From Massalongia carnosa (lineage: Eukaryota): a stretch of DNA of 64,000 bases. The stretch covers positions 2,914,001-2,978,000 of the forward strand of contig OZ287068.1 of the NCBI GenBank assembly GCA_965645245.1. Direction: 5' to 3'. This document shows positions 1-12,136 of the stretch, one piece after another; within the stretch, counting starts at the first letter, position 1; each line of letters starts with the position of its first letter. Made by a program: the position numbers and the translations under genes. Below the pieces are notes generated by a model. The model did not search any database, was not told the DNA's origin, and saw only the letters and a program-made list of their open reading frames with translations.

Positions 1-2456
1 ACCTTCTCTTTTTCTCTTAAGTGGAGCTTCGGAGGCGAGAATGAAGCTGTCGATAAACCCTTCTTCGCTTTTTAATGGGCTCCGGGTGGGAAGGAGCTTG
101 TCGCAGTTAGTTCCGGGTTTCATTTTCTGGGATCACGTTTTACTCCCTTCAAATGCCACCAATCAACTATCTCCATTTATTTAACCTTTCCACAAAGCAA
201 ATCAATTTCATCTATTAAATCATATCTGTAACTTTACAGATACAGAATATCTGCCATTCTTCCTTCGCTTCAACCTTCACACTAATTAACTGCCATGTCG
301 TGTATGTGTATGTAGGTTAAACTCTTCTTCACCGTTTCAGAGCAGTAACTTACAGGTATAGAGAACTTCGTTTCTCATATTCTAAAGAAGTCATCGGGCA
401 CCATGACTACTCCGTTCGTTTCCAATTATAAGTTCTTAGACAGTATTTAGAAGCGTTTGCTGACGTTGCTTTTCAGTTTTGAAAAACCTGCTCTGCCCAC
501 CGATACTACTAGGTTCGGGTTTGGGGTTTATCGTATCACAAATTGGCTACGTGAGGAGATGGGACAAGGCTTTAAGGAAGCCAGAGAGGATAGTTGTCTT
601 CTGAGAAAGGAGATACAAGCGGATGTGTCCTGTGAAAACGGAGGTACAAGATGTGAGCGACAGGATTTCAGAGCTCGATTCAAGATTTATGACGATGTCG
701 GCCCAGACCATTAAAGAATATAGCAAGAGGAAGAGGTGAGATCATTCAGCGACGTCGAGATAGCATTGTGCGGCATTTACTTCGATTAGCCATCTAAAAT
801 TCTTCATCTTCTAACCTAATTTCGCTATGTATCACGTATGTTTTCGAGGTATGCTATTTATATCTATATGGGATTCTACAAGAGATCTTTTCTTCAGGTG
901 TCCTTCTTCCAACACTTCTTTTCCCGTCTTGCTTGGAGTCTTCTCCTTACTTGAGATAACCTTTCGTTAATTCGTTACCACGTCACTGCGGTAACTCGTT
1001 TGTTCATCCGCTCACTCGCTCACGTGAACGCTATGCTTACGTGGATAGGATAAACGGAAAGATGGTGGTTTAATTCATTCTAATCTTGTCTCTCTCCCCT
1101 TCCCCGCCTTCGTCTTTCACTACCTCGCATCCCTCTTCTTTCTATGTCTACCCACTCAAAAGGAAGAGTAAGGTCGAGTAAACTTCAAAATTTACTTAGT
1201 CATCCATCACTTATCTCCCTACTGACTTGCTGACCTACCAATATGGGGAAACCCCATTGTGCAAAACCGCGTATCTCATTTTCATTCCCAACGACGACGA
1301 CGAAGTAGGCCATCAGAGCACCACTGTAACAGCAAATAAAGGGGCTCTTGGAAGCTAAAATTTGGAGCGATGAGGACGAGGAAAGCTCAATAAAAGAGCA
1401 CAGAGTTACAACGAATATAGGCTCCGAAGCACATCAAAAACAGCGAAAAGATGGGTTCACCGGTCTCCTCCATTCTTCCCCTCTGGGCAACCCATATCTA
1501 CCTTCACGTTTCCCACGCCACCGTTCATCCTGACGCTCGTGAAGATTTCAGAGGGCACAGACACAGGCAATGAAGCAAGCCCGGCATTTCTAGGTATTGA
1601 GTTACAGTACCACCGCCACCGCATGGAATGGGATTACAGAAATGGCCCAATTACGTTTGGTCAAGACTTGCTATTTAATTGACCGCTATGGCTCTGTAGT
1701 TTTGTGATGTCCTTTCCCTAAAGGGGGGGCCTCATGTATCTAGAGGGGGGCAGGGGCTGATCAGGCCCCTTTTTTTAGAGGGTGGAGGAACTGCAGGAAA
1801 GGCACGCAAAGAAGCTAGTTTGATAAGGGAAAATATTTGGAATTTCCAAGACCTACATATTATACTAACCCCCTTTTAACTCCGGAGCTGAAGTGCGATG
1901 ATTTCCAGACTTTGAGGTCACGGGCTACAAAGGGTGCTTGAAGTATACCAGGTCAACACTCTCTTTCAGTGGGCTTGGGGAAATGGCTTTCTGAAGGTAT
2001 TACCCTCCTGATCAGGTTTGGGAAGAAGTGGGTTTGGTGCTGGAGGACGGATTCTAAGCATAGGTTGCGGTGGAATAGCTTTCCCCCTGTTAGGTGCATG
2101 AGAATATTAACTTATAGCCATACAGCCAAAAAATAATGTTGACAGACGAAACTTTCCTTTACGTTTAAGGTAAAAAATGCGGACATACAATCCTATCTAT
2201 GTCCATCACTTAACACAGGCGTGTATAAGCCCCTTCCTCGTTCAAACCCCCTCCACCGCATGCAGTGTAAAAAATCCTACTATCCACTTTGTCGGCCCTT
2301 GATTGGTGTTCTATCGACCTACCCAACTAACCATCCACCACTCGGTCCCAGTAGATATAAGACCGTTCGCCTGAGCCAAGAGGTACTCTTATATATCCTA
2401 TTCACTTATCCTAATGACTCTCACCACCCACCGAACCCCCTAACGTTCCTCAGCAC

Positions 2457-4069
2457 ATGTCTCAATCCACCGATCCAGACAACTTTTTCCAAACCAAGTA
2501 CCTACACAACCCTTTCCCTTCCGGCATCATATAGAGGTTGATATGCGTCCAAGACTGTCTCGCTAACCCACTCTCACCAGTCATACGCTCGCCGAAACCA
2601 AGCGTCGAGCGCGTAAATCAACAAACAACTATGGCCGCCCTATCCGACTGCAAAGCAAGATTCTTGCTGTCATTGCAGATCCAATCAACGAAAATGCCAT
2701 CTACGTGGCCGAAAGCACCGGCACCGCGCGTAATATAGTGCTAGATGGGGGTGAGACGCTCCGTCCCTTATTTCCCCTCCTGCCCACCCGTTTTCTCGGA
2801 ACCCGTCGCGAAAAGAAACTCCCTGACAACTCTTCCTCCAGAATAGACAATCCAACCCCATCCGCCCCTTACCGCGGCCCCACCGCCCCGGCCACATGTC
2901 TCGCCTTCTCCCCACCTTCCGCCTCTGCCTCCCCCTCATCCTCCCCCGGCATACTCTTTGCCGGCAGCTGGGACAAGCGTATCTACAGCTGGAACGCGCG
3001 CACGCGTGCCCCGCAACGTACCTACGCAAACGGTCACACCGATTTCGTCAAAGCCCTCGTCACCACTGCTCTCCCGCCCCCGGCCTCCTCTTCCTCCCCC
3101 TCCGGCCCAACACCGATCGCAGTGCTTATCTCCGGGGGCGCAGACGCGCGCATCGTGATCTGGAACATGACCACAGGGGAGAAGTTGCACGTGCTGAAGA
3201 GCCGTGAGAGCAGCATTGGTGGCGGGGTATTGGCGCTCGCGATCCTGCCCCGTTTCGCGCCCTCATCCCCACCGCCTCTCCGGGAGGGCCAGAAGAAGAA
3301 GGAGGAAGAGGAGGAAGAGCCCATCACGCTTTTCGCTGCTACCTCCCTCCCACCCATTCGGCGCTATACCCTTGACACAACTGGTTCCGCCAACCCCGAA
3401 CAACACCCCCGGCTCACGGAACTTGCTCCCGAGACTCCGATCAGCGTGCACGAAACTAGCGTCTACGACCTTCATTTCGACGGCGAGGGCGACCTCTGGA
3501 CCGCGTCCGCGGACGGCGATATAACGTGTTTGGCGTGCGAAAAGGGGTGGCGCGTGGAATTGCGGATTCGGTCGGGAGGGTGGCTGCGCGGGGTGGCGGT
3601 TGGGGGGGATGGCGGATGGGTGGTGGGGGTGGGGCGGGATGAGGAAGTGCGGCTTTGGGAGCAAGCGGTGAGTTTTTGCTTGTTTTTTTTCTTGGCTTTT
3701 GCTTTCTGGCTTTACTTTGCTTTCCCACGCCGAGAAGGAGATGATTAAGTACGTGAGGCTGACCCAGCTGTCTCCTCCTCCTGCTCGCCCGGACACCAGA
3801 CTGGCGAGCTCTATCATACTTACTCCGGCCACTACGACGAGATCACCGGCCTCGTGCTGCTGGGGCAGGTGGCTGTGACGGTGAGTCTGGACGGCACCGT
3901 GCGGCGGTGGGGTTTGGGGGCGAGGGAATTGGAGGAGGCGAGGAAGAAGAAGGGGGAGGAGGAAGAGCGAGAGGGGGGAGAATATGAGGGGGAAGGGAAT
4001 GTGGAGGGAGAAGTGGGAATTACCGAGGACGAAGAGAGGGAGTTGAGGGAATTGATGGAGGAAGCTTAA
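2457..4069 (+). CDS. WD40-repeat protein (4 exons; introns ~2498-2580, ~2751-2846, 3668-3799)
   Basis: Spliced frame reads MSQSTDPDNFFQT|NHTLAETKRRARKS...IYVAESTG. WD motifs include LFAGSWDKRIYSWN, GHTDFVKAL, ISGGADARIVIWN and GHYDEITGL...VSLDGTVRRW. Acidic C-terminus. GT-AG introns with branch sites. Confidence 0.85.
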
Positions 4070-4314
4070 AGGGTGAAACGTGCGTAGCTTGGGTTGAGGT
4101 GTGGCTTAGAGTGGACTAACGATAGCTGGAAACTTGGACGCCACTCAAAGAAATTATCCTATAAGGTGACTAGTAGTGTCCTCGGGCGAAACTTCCGACT
4201 CCGCTTCCATGATTTCTTGTCCCTTGCTTCCGCCAAATCAAGACGCCTTTCAGTTGTTTCCCTTCCACCGTCTGCCGTCCAGCCAAACAGCTAAACCGGG
4301 ACGTCTTGCAAACC

Positions 4315-6927
4315 TCAATAATCGCTCAGCCTTAGCTTCTTCCCAATCGCCCGTCTCGCATTGACGGCTTTCTCGCTCGGCCGCTCCTTTACCTCCTGGC
4401 TAGCTTTGAGCGCCTGCAGCAGCATCCCAGCGTCGAAGAAACCGTCTGTGCAGATTTAAGTACATGGTTAGCTAGAGTCTTCATGATAGGATAGAATCAA
4501 ACTTGCTGGCGGCTGATAAAAGGGAACACTTACAGCCACCCAGTCCATCATCGTCGCTATCAGCCTTGTTATCATCAACCTCGATGTTCCCAAACTTGCC
4601 ATTCTCCCCGGTAATCGCCCTCCCCCAGCTCTTTACTCCGCGTCTCTCCTTAGAGGACTGCTCCTCGGCCTCTCGCGCCCGGCTGGAAAGCGGCGAACTC
4701 GCCTTGCGCTGAGTCATCCGCAAGAGCTTGCGGATCTCGAGCAGGTAGGACTCGAGCGCGTCGACGAAGCGCTTCGTTTGCCGGTGCTTGGAGCTGGCAC
4801 AAACGGAGATGGAGTCTTCCTTGATGATGTAGCCAAGGCCGAAGCCGTCACCCGAAGTTGGGCCAAAGCCAAACTGCCGCAGCGATGGGTTACCGCAGTT
4901 AGACGTGGATAGGATGGTGTTGTTGATTTTGTCCCAACCGGCGTCGGCGAAGATGGAAGGCATCCGCTGCGATGGGCTTCGCGCTGGTGGCTGGCTGGAA
5001 GGGGCCGGATCATCGTGGAGCGTTGCCTCTCGGATGGGAGAACCGACGTTGGACGTGGAATCTTCGTTTGACCCGTTATCCACGGAGCTGGAGTATTCGT
5101 TCGAACTCAACCCGTTAATGCTTGCTGCCTCGGCTCCTTCATCATCAACGGCCCGTTGCCAAACACAATACAAAGCATAAAGGTGACGATCCTGCCCCAA
5201 GCCTTTGACACATTCTTTTGTCACAGCAGTATGCTTTTGTGTGGCTTTCTTCAACGCCTCAACCTTGACCTGTGGTGGATGTTCTGCCCAGAAAGTCTGA
5301 ACGAAATTTGTGGATTCGGGTGTGGCAGATCGGATGGCTTCGGTTCGGCCGTGTAAAAAGACCTTGGTCATAGCCGCTTCGTAGGTATTTTCTACCCGGC
5401 CATAAAGACCGTAGTAGGCAGCTTGGAAGGCCATTTGCACAAAAGCATCAGGGGAAAATCCCATGGACGTTATGAAGTTCTTGCCAAAGCCCGCAAATTC
5501 CAGTATCTGAAACTCGTTCTGTTGGATTAGATCGGCCAGCCGCGTTTCAGCGAACCTCAAAGCAGTGCTCAACTCGGGATACATATCCCACTCCAGTTTG
5601 TAAGGCGTGGTGTTGACATCGCCAAAGCTCGCTGGGTCTCTCTTTGAAGGATCTGGGCTTGTGGACGCCCACAAACTTGGGGCTTGACCGTTGATGCTTT
5701 TAGCAAATCTTAGAATGGTATCTGTGTAAACATCGCTGGCCATCCGTAGGACTGTGTGACCGTCAACGCCTGTATGCTCAAAATTGATACCGGCGCTCCC
5801 GTTCTTGCAAACAATTATCTGAAGCTTATCATACCAACGGTTCGTGCAAGTGCCAATCTGGACCCCTCGGACTACTTCACTTGTACCACACAACATATTG
5901 CCGCAAAGCTCGGCTCCGGTTTGCGGGGCCGTATAATCCAGACAAACAATGAACAGGGCAGAATCCACAATACTGAGGCATTCAGCATTATTGGACTCCG
6001 GATCCCGAGTCAGGACATCCCGCAACCCCGCCCAGATTTTCCGATTCTCCGTGCTGAGCACCCCTAATGCCCCTTTGGCAGCTTCTTGAATCGGCGTTTC
6101 TTCGGCATCGTCAACGATGACCTGAAGGTTGAGCGCCACATTCTTTTCAGTCATTATCAGATCCGAAGCGTTGTCCAGCACATCGAACCAGTAAAACTGG
6201 CCCTTGCAGAGCACCACCACATGTCGTGCCTCGAGGTCTTGAGCAATATGGCATCCGTTGTCTGTGGGAACCCGAGCGGTTCCGAAAAGTCTGGAATACT
6301 GGTACATATCCAACGGGACGCCTCGAAGGGTATCAGGCGGTAGTTCCTCCTTCCGAACCGCCCGCACAAAAGAGAGCGCTGATATGACAAGCGATGCAGC
6401 GCGCGTAACTTGGTTATTCCGTGCAGGTGTCGGGTCATCTTCAAGGAGGAAGAAAGGATTGAGGTTTAGAACCACAGGGTTATCAAAGTTCAGATACGAG
6501 TCATACCCTGGGACATTTTGTTAGACAGGAGGGACCCAATTGAACTTGTAATGAAGTAGCATTTGAAGACCGTACAGAATTGCTCAATATAGCTAGTCTT
6601 TCCTGTCGCATATTTCTTCAAGCGTGACTGCAGTTCTGGACCCTCGCTTTTGAGAAAATCCTGCACGGCAGCAGCGGTTTCATTCTGTTCCTGGGTATTC
6701 TGCAACGGCTTCAACGCATCAAGGTATTTCCGGCACGTACTCTCGAGGTCTGGAATAGGTAGCTTGGGCAATTTCTCTTGACCGGCAAACGTGATGCCCG
6801 GCTTCCGTTCATTACCTCCTTGCGAAGGACTATTGATGGAGGAACGGTCTGTGTCCGAGACAGGTGGTTGGGACGATGCGAGAGATTCGTTGAGGGATTT
6901 CGGCATGACGAAGGTTCGTGCTGTCAT
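4315..6927 (-). CDS. facC: Carnitine O-acetyltransferase, FacC/Yat1 type (introns 6508-6575 and 4446-4533)
   Basis: LPKLPIPDLESTC N-terminal motif, NRWYDK, catalytic FEHTGVDGH, SPDAFVQMAFQ, GRTEAIR and STS motifs. Last exon reads YGFFDAG...KKLRLSDY*. Confidence 0.92.
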
Positions 6928-7956
6928 TTTGGTGGAAATTTAGTCAAGAATAGACGAAGGTAGTGGTTGACAAGAGTTCATATGTATATTAAGTGTGCCC
7001 AGCTTGATAGGAGTATTGAACGTTCGCGTTGACTTACTGCATGTTGGCGTGAAGGGTTGGTCTCACTCCTCTTGATGTGAGAGCCTCGAAAGCTGACCCC
7101 GCACGATCAGGGCCATTTACGCATCGGCTGCAGTATGATGATCACACGGCTGAGGGCAAATATCTAGATAGGCAGGTTTGGAGCCATACGTGAACTGCCG
7201 GACGAAAGGCTTGTTGGAGGGATAGTCTTTGCTTGGTCATTCTGCCGGAGAGGACCTCATGTGACTTTAAGCGGTGGTGTGGTGTATCGTTGAAGCCACG
7301 TGATATATAGCTAGAGTAATACTATAACGTCAAACACAATATCTGTATGCCCGAAAATCAATTCCATGTACTCAAAACGTTATATCAATAATATATTGTT
7401 GTATCGTCATGTCGATATGTCGTTATGTCATTATAGAGAAGGTTCACCTTACCTTATTTGGGCGCATCTTGTCTTTTTGAGGATCCTGTATGGAGTGTTT
7501 TGCATCAGATAGTGTCAGGCGATTAGGGGTCACATGACTCGCCATGGGTCACATGACCAACGAACCCCTATTAGATATATCCCTCAGTTAGCTAGCCTAG
7601 ACCTCCCATATATCAATACACACCACTCCTTTTCACCCATATTCCACATTAGCCCATACAGCTTGATAGATATCTTGGACGCGCAGTTCTAGTCTTATAC
7701 GCGCATCTTCACAAGGTCTTTCGTGGTTGGCCAACGAATTCGTGCGACGAATGGCTGAATTCGTTGGAGCGATGCAAATAAATCAGACAGAGAATCCATG
7801 ACACCGCATTAAAATATCTATTGTATTTTGTAATTTTCTCTTAAAATCGAGTCTTGTTCTCATCATTTTCCAGAGCATTTCCTTCTCCTCGGTCTACTAC
7901 TTGATGACTGTTGAACGACACCAAATCGTCCCTACTCTACTTTTGAGATATCCATC

Positions 7957-8558
7957 ATGCGTATTTCCATTCGCTCTTGCTCATTTCTTTTCCTTCTGGT
8001 TTTCGAAGCCTTTCCCGCCTCCGCGCTGCCATGATCCAGCGATGCCCGAATTCCCATATCTGATACCACTACTTTTAGCCCAAGGTAAGATAACCCCTCC
8101 CTCCTCCAAAACCAATCCCTCTCGCTTTTTCCCCCGGAAACCCAACCTCCCTACTCTACAGGGACTCCAGCCTGCCACCTCCCTCGCCCCGCAGTCCCCG
8201 CTCCATTAGTCCACGTGTGTACCACATTTCCAACACGCCCCTTTCCATCCACCTCGCCCTCAGCCAACCCTTTCCCACATGGCTGTCGAGAACGCGCTCG
8301 TGTTCGCCTACCGTTACGTGATGCACGCCATCCAGCAGGGTTACGGCCGCCAACCTGCTGGCCTTCCAGCCCTTTTACTACGACGGGCATAGCGGCGCCT
8401 ATTTCCAGATCGCGTCGGTAGCCTATCATCGCCTGATGTGGTCGCTGCTGGCCGTGGTGCTGGAGGGGCTGTGGAACGCGGTCGTCATGACGTTCTTAGG
8501 GCCCTTTCACGAACGCAATCCATCCATCTCTGGCCCGCACATATATGCATTCAACTAG
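7957..8558 (+). pseudogene. Disrupted gene for a small secreted protein
   Basis: ATG 7957 starts a signal-like MRISIRSCSFLFLLVFEAFPASA-LP. In-frame TGA at 8032. In-phase intron 8085-8161 (GTAAGA...CTACAG). Two inferred compensating 1-nt frameshifts near 8277 and 8348. Protein-like GC-rich coding continues to TAG 8556-8558. Confidence 0.6.
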
Positions 8559-9634
8559 ACTAGGCTAGACCACATCCCCTCTCCCTCTTCCCCTCTCATA
8601 CTATTTGTACACAACCCCTTCACAAAACCGTTCCATCCCTATCTTGCTCCATAAATATATTATATACATTACCAACCCCCAGCTCTCCCTCTCCCTCCCT
8701 CTCCCCACCCATCTTACACTCTTCTCTCTTCCATCCGTCAGATATCCTATTTACCAATTCCCCACTCTCCCCGCCCCCTCGCCCCCTTTCCAAAACTCTC
8801 CCTCACTCCCTCGAAATACCGTTTCCTATCGATAATATAAGGTTATAGACAACAAGATGTTTCGTGGAGTTATCTAGCTCATTGGAGGTCTAGTAACTAG
8901 TTAAACCTCTCCGAGCCATACATGCGTGCATGCATACATGAACCTCTCGGTTTCTCCCAAGCATAAAGTCCGGCTGTATGCCTCCCAATCCAAAGCATAC
9001 CTACCCACCTACTACCTATCGGACTCCCAAATCCCCACCCCCCCCTTTCACCACCAATCATACCTATCTCCTTTCTCGGTCAAATCTCCTCTTCTATACC
9101 ACTATACATACTGTTATACACACCCGCCTACCTTCCTTTGCTCTCTTCCGAATCCCTAAGGTGCTTACAGTACGATAGCTCATCACTTCCCATCTATCAA
9201 CCAATCAGTCTAGAGCCGAAAATGGGGGTGGGGTGCTCTATGGACGGAAATGAAAAGGGGAAGAGGCGATGGGGGCAAAAGGTGTTCAGTGTGATTAATG
9301 CATGTAAGCGTGCAGAAACGGCCGGTGTTAAGGAGTTTTTTGGGAGAAGGTTTTTTGTTTCGTTTTCTTGGATTGAGTTCCATAGAGTAAAGCAAAAGAG
9401 AAAATGAAATGAATATGTTGTTGGTACAAGCCCAAGAAATGAAAGTTTCCCCTCGTCGCTATATTTTGATTTTCACCTCCCTTATCCCAGTGACTGCTCC
9501 AAACGATGCATGCTAATAAAGGGGCCTGATGACATATCCGGACAAGAACCCATCAAGGAATATGAAAATACGAGAGAAAAACAGTAAGAGAGAGAATCCA
9601 TATTCCATTTCCATCAACTAAACCAGTTCCTTTC

Positions 9635-12136
9635 TCACAATCCCGAATCAATCTCGGCAACAACTGTATGGCCGCTATAATCGGCCCAGTCACGGCATGT
9701 CTGGATAATCGTCTCGGGGATGATGCGCTTCTGGATTAGATCCGTCTGCTCCATGACGTTGACGTACAGCCCCCCGCTGACGTGCCACGCGATGTGGCAG
9801 TGCAGCGGCCACACACCAGGATTATCGGTGTTGTACTGAATGACGAGATGGGAAGGGGTGGTGGGGGAGCCGGGCTGGATAAGCTGCACATCGCGGCGCT
9901 GCGTATTGGAGACGTGGGTAATAACGCCGTCCCATACGCCGGGGCCTTCGGCTAGCACGTTGAAGTTGTGTCCGTGCAAGTGCATGGGGTGAGCAGCGCC
10001 GGTTTTATTCTCAATGATAATGCGTACGCTGTTGTTGTTGCCGAAGTTGTAGACGTTCCATTGCTAATTAGAGGGGGACTGGTTAGGGGACAAGATCGAG
10101 AGACGAGAAGTAGGGGGAGCTTACGGGATCAAAGGGGTAGGAAGTGTTGCCCTTATTTGCGAGAAGGAGGATAGGGTGGCTAGATGAGGTTAGGCGGGAA
10201 TGGAAGTTCGGTTTTGGGATGGAGCTTACTCGTAGTTAGCCCTAAAGGACGATTCATTCATGTACCAAAGGAGATGCCCGGTGGAGTTTGGGTGGACAGT
10301 GATGTCGATGGTTGTGGTAGTGGCTGGATTCTCCGTTGCTGGGAAAGGAAAGAATGGAATGGTAGTGGCAAGGGGATCCTGTTTATCGTCAGCAAGGCAA
10401 ATGGCTTGAGATGAATCGCGCGTACGTTGCCACAGTGTGAATCATCAATAGGTGTAGCCACCGATGTGGGAGTTTTAGTGGTGTCGGCTCCGTCGTAGTA
10501 GATGGCGGCTAGGGCAACGGGCTGCTTGGTGATGCTGCAAGTTGTGCTGATAGTTGAGCGCATGAAAACGGCAGAGCCAGATTTCAAAGCAGCTTTGACA
10601 ATGACATCGGTACGTTGTCCGATCTGCGAATTTGTTACCTAGGCTCAAGCCTATATCTGAGGTTGAACTTACGCCAAGAGTGACCACATTGGTTTCATAT
10701 GGTTTGATGGGAACGAAGTCGTTAGCCATAACAGTCATGGTATGATTGTCAATGGTAAATCGCTGAATGCCTTCCGCACCAGCATTGATAAGTCTGAGAC
10801 GATATGATTTTCCAGACTCGACTTTGAATTTGGATATCCCAGCATTGGGCGTGCCTAGAGAGGTTTAGCAGACCTCAAGGAGATGAAAGCTTCAAATACT
10901 AACAAGAGGCACCATTTGTCACAAGAGAGCAGTCATAATTCATTTTCCCGTTGATCAGATTGTTATCTGAAACGGGTGGAGGAGACGGCTATTAAATATT
11001 AGTCATATTCATGGAGTTCGATATAGAATACTTTACCGGTGATGACATGACTTTTTCGACAATATTGAAATACTCGTCGTGGTACCAGTCTGTAAGGAGA
11101 ACTGGACCAAGGTCTTTGTCATAAGGCACGTTCTTAGGACCATGAATTACCAAAGCTATCGATGATAAGCAGTCATTAGTGAACCAAGGAATATTGAACA
11201 CTCACGTCCCAGGAGGCCCCCAGCATATTGAGCGGAGTAATGAGAGTGATACCAGGTTGACCCGTATAAGTCCGCCTTGAACTGATAGGTGAGAGATTTT
11301 CCCGGGGGAATTGGGCATTGTTGAACCGATGGAACCCCATCGTACCAAGGGGTTGCTCTTTGCAAAATTCTACATAAAATATTAGAAATAATCGACGAGA
11401 TCATTCAAAAGTATAAATACCCGTGCCTATAGTCTGTTAGAAACCACGTGGTTAGGCCACAAGGCTCCACTTACCAATGCAAGGAGGTTCCTTCTTCCGG
11501 ACCGGTGATTTGGTTGTGTACCTTGACTTGAATGGTATCTCCCTACAAACTGTAAGCTTAACGGACAGCGCTCCATGGTTTTGAAGTACCAACCCAGTTG
11601 GCTTCAATGGTCGGCTATCAAGAAGTTAGTGATCGGAAGCTTCGAAGATGAAAACAACTAGACTCACGCCTGGGAACTGCCCATTGATAAGAATCACGCT
11701 TTTGTTAACGCCATCGGGAGCTATGAAGCCTCGTTGGATGGTAAAGTCATAAGCTCTAATCACACCTGCTGTTGGCTTAGCATGAATAATATCACCATGA
11801 GTTTCTAGGACCCACCTGTGGTTGGTGATTGCTCGTATGGATTTGTTGTAGCTGCAGTTCTGGTGCCCCATGGAAAGCCTTGGGGTAAGGGCTGTTGCCG
11901 TTAGAGAGAGTTTCTTAGATTCGGGGGGGGGGGGGAACAAACGTTATTGGTTAAGAAATCCGCAATTAATGGTGCATTTAACGTTCCCAGAAGCGAGAGA
12001 CCTTGACCACACACGTCAGAATTAAGGAAAGTTTTTTAAAAGGATACAAGGTAGAAGGTTTACCGTTGGTGGCAGTTTGGGGAAGCGCGGGTATGAGAGA
12101 GATGCCGGTGACGATCGAGCTGATTAACCCTACCAT
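9635..12136 (-). CDS. Laccase / multicopper oxidase (AA1), ~14 introns
   Basis: Four copper motifs: HWHG (assembled across a micro-exon), [13 protein letters not shown] and [12 protein letters not shown]. Ascomycete C-terminal DSGL. Hydrophobic N-terminus [19 protein letters not shown]. Confidence 0.93.

Noticed and set aside
1..2200. Short ORFs and a near-palindrome (GGGGCTGATCAGGCCCC, ~1753-1769)
   Set aside because: The ORFs lack protein-like features, and the palindrome is isolated and imperfect.
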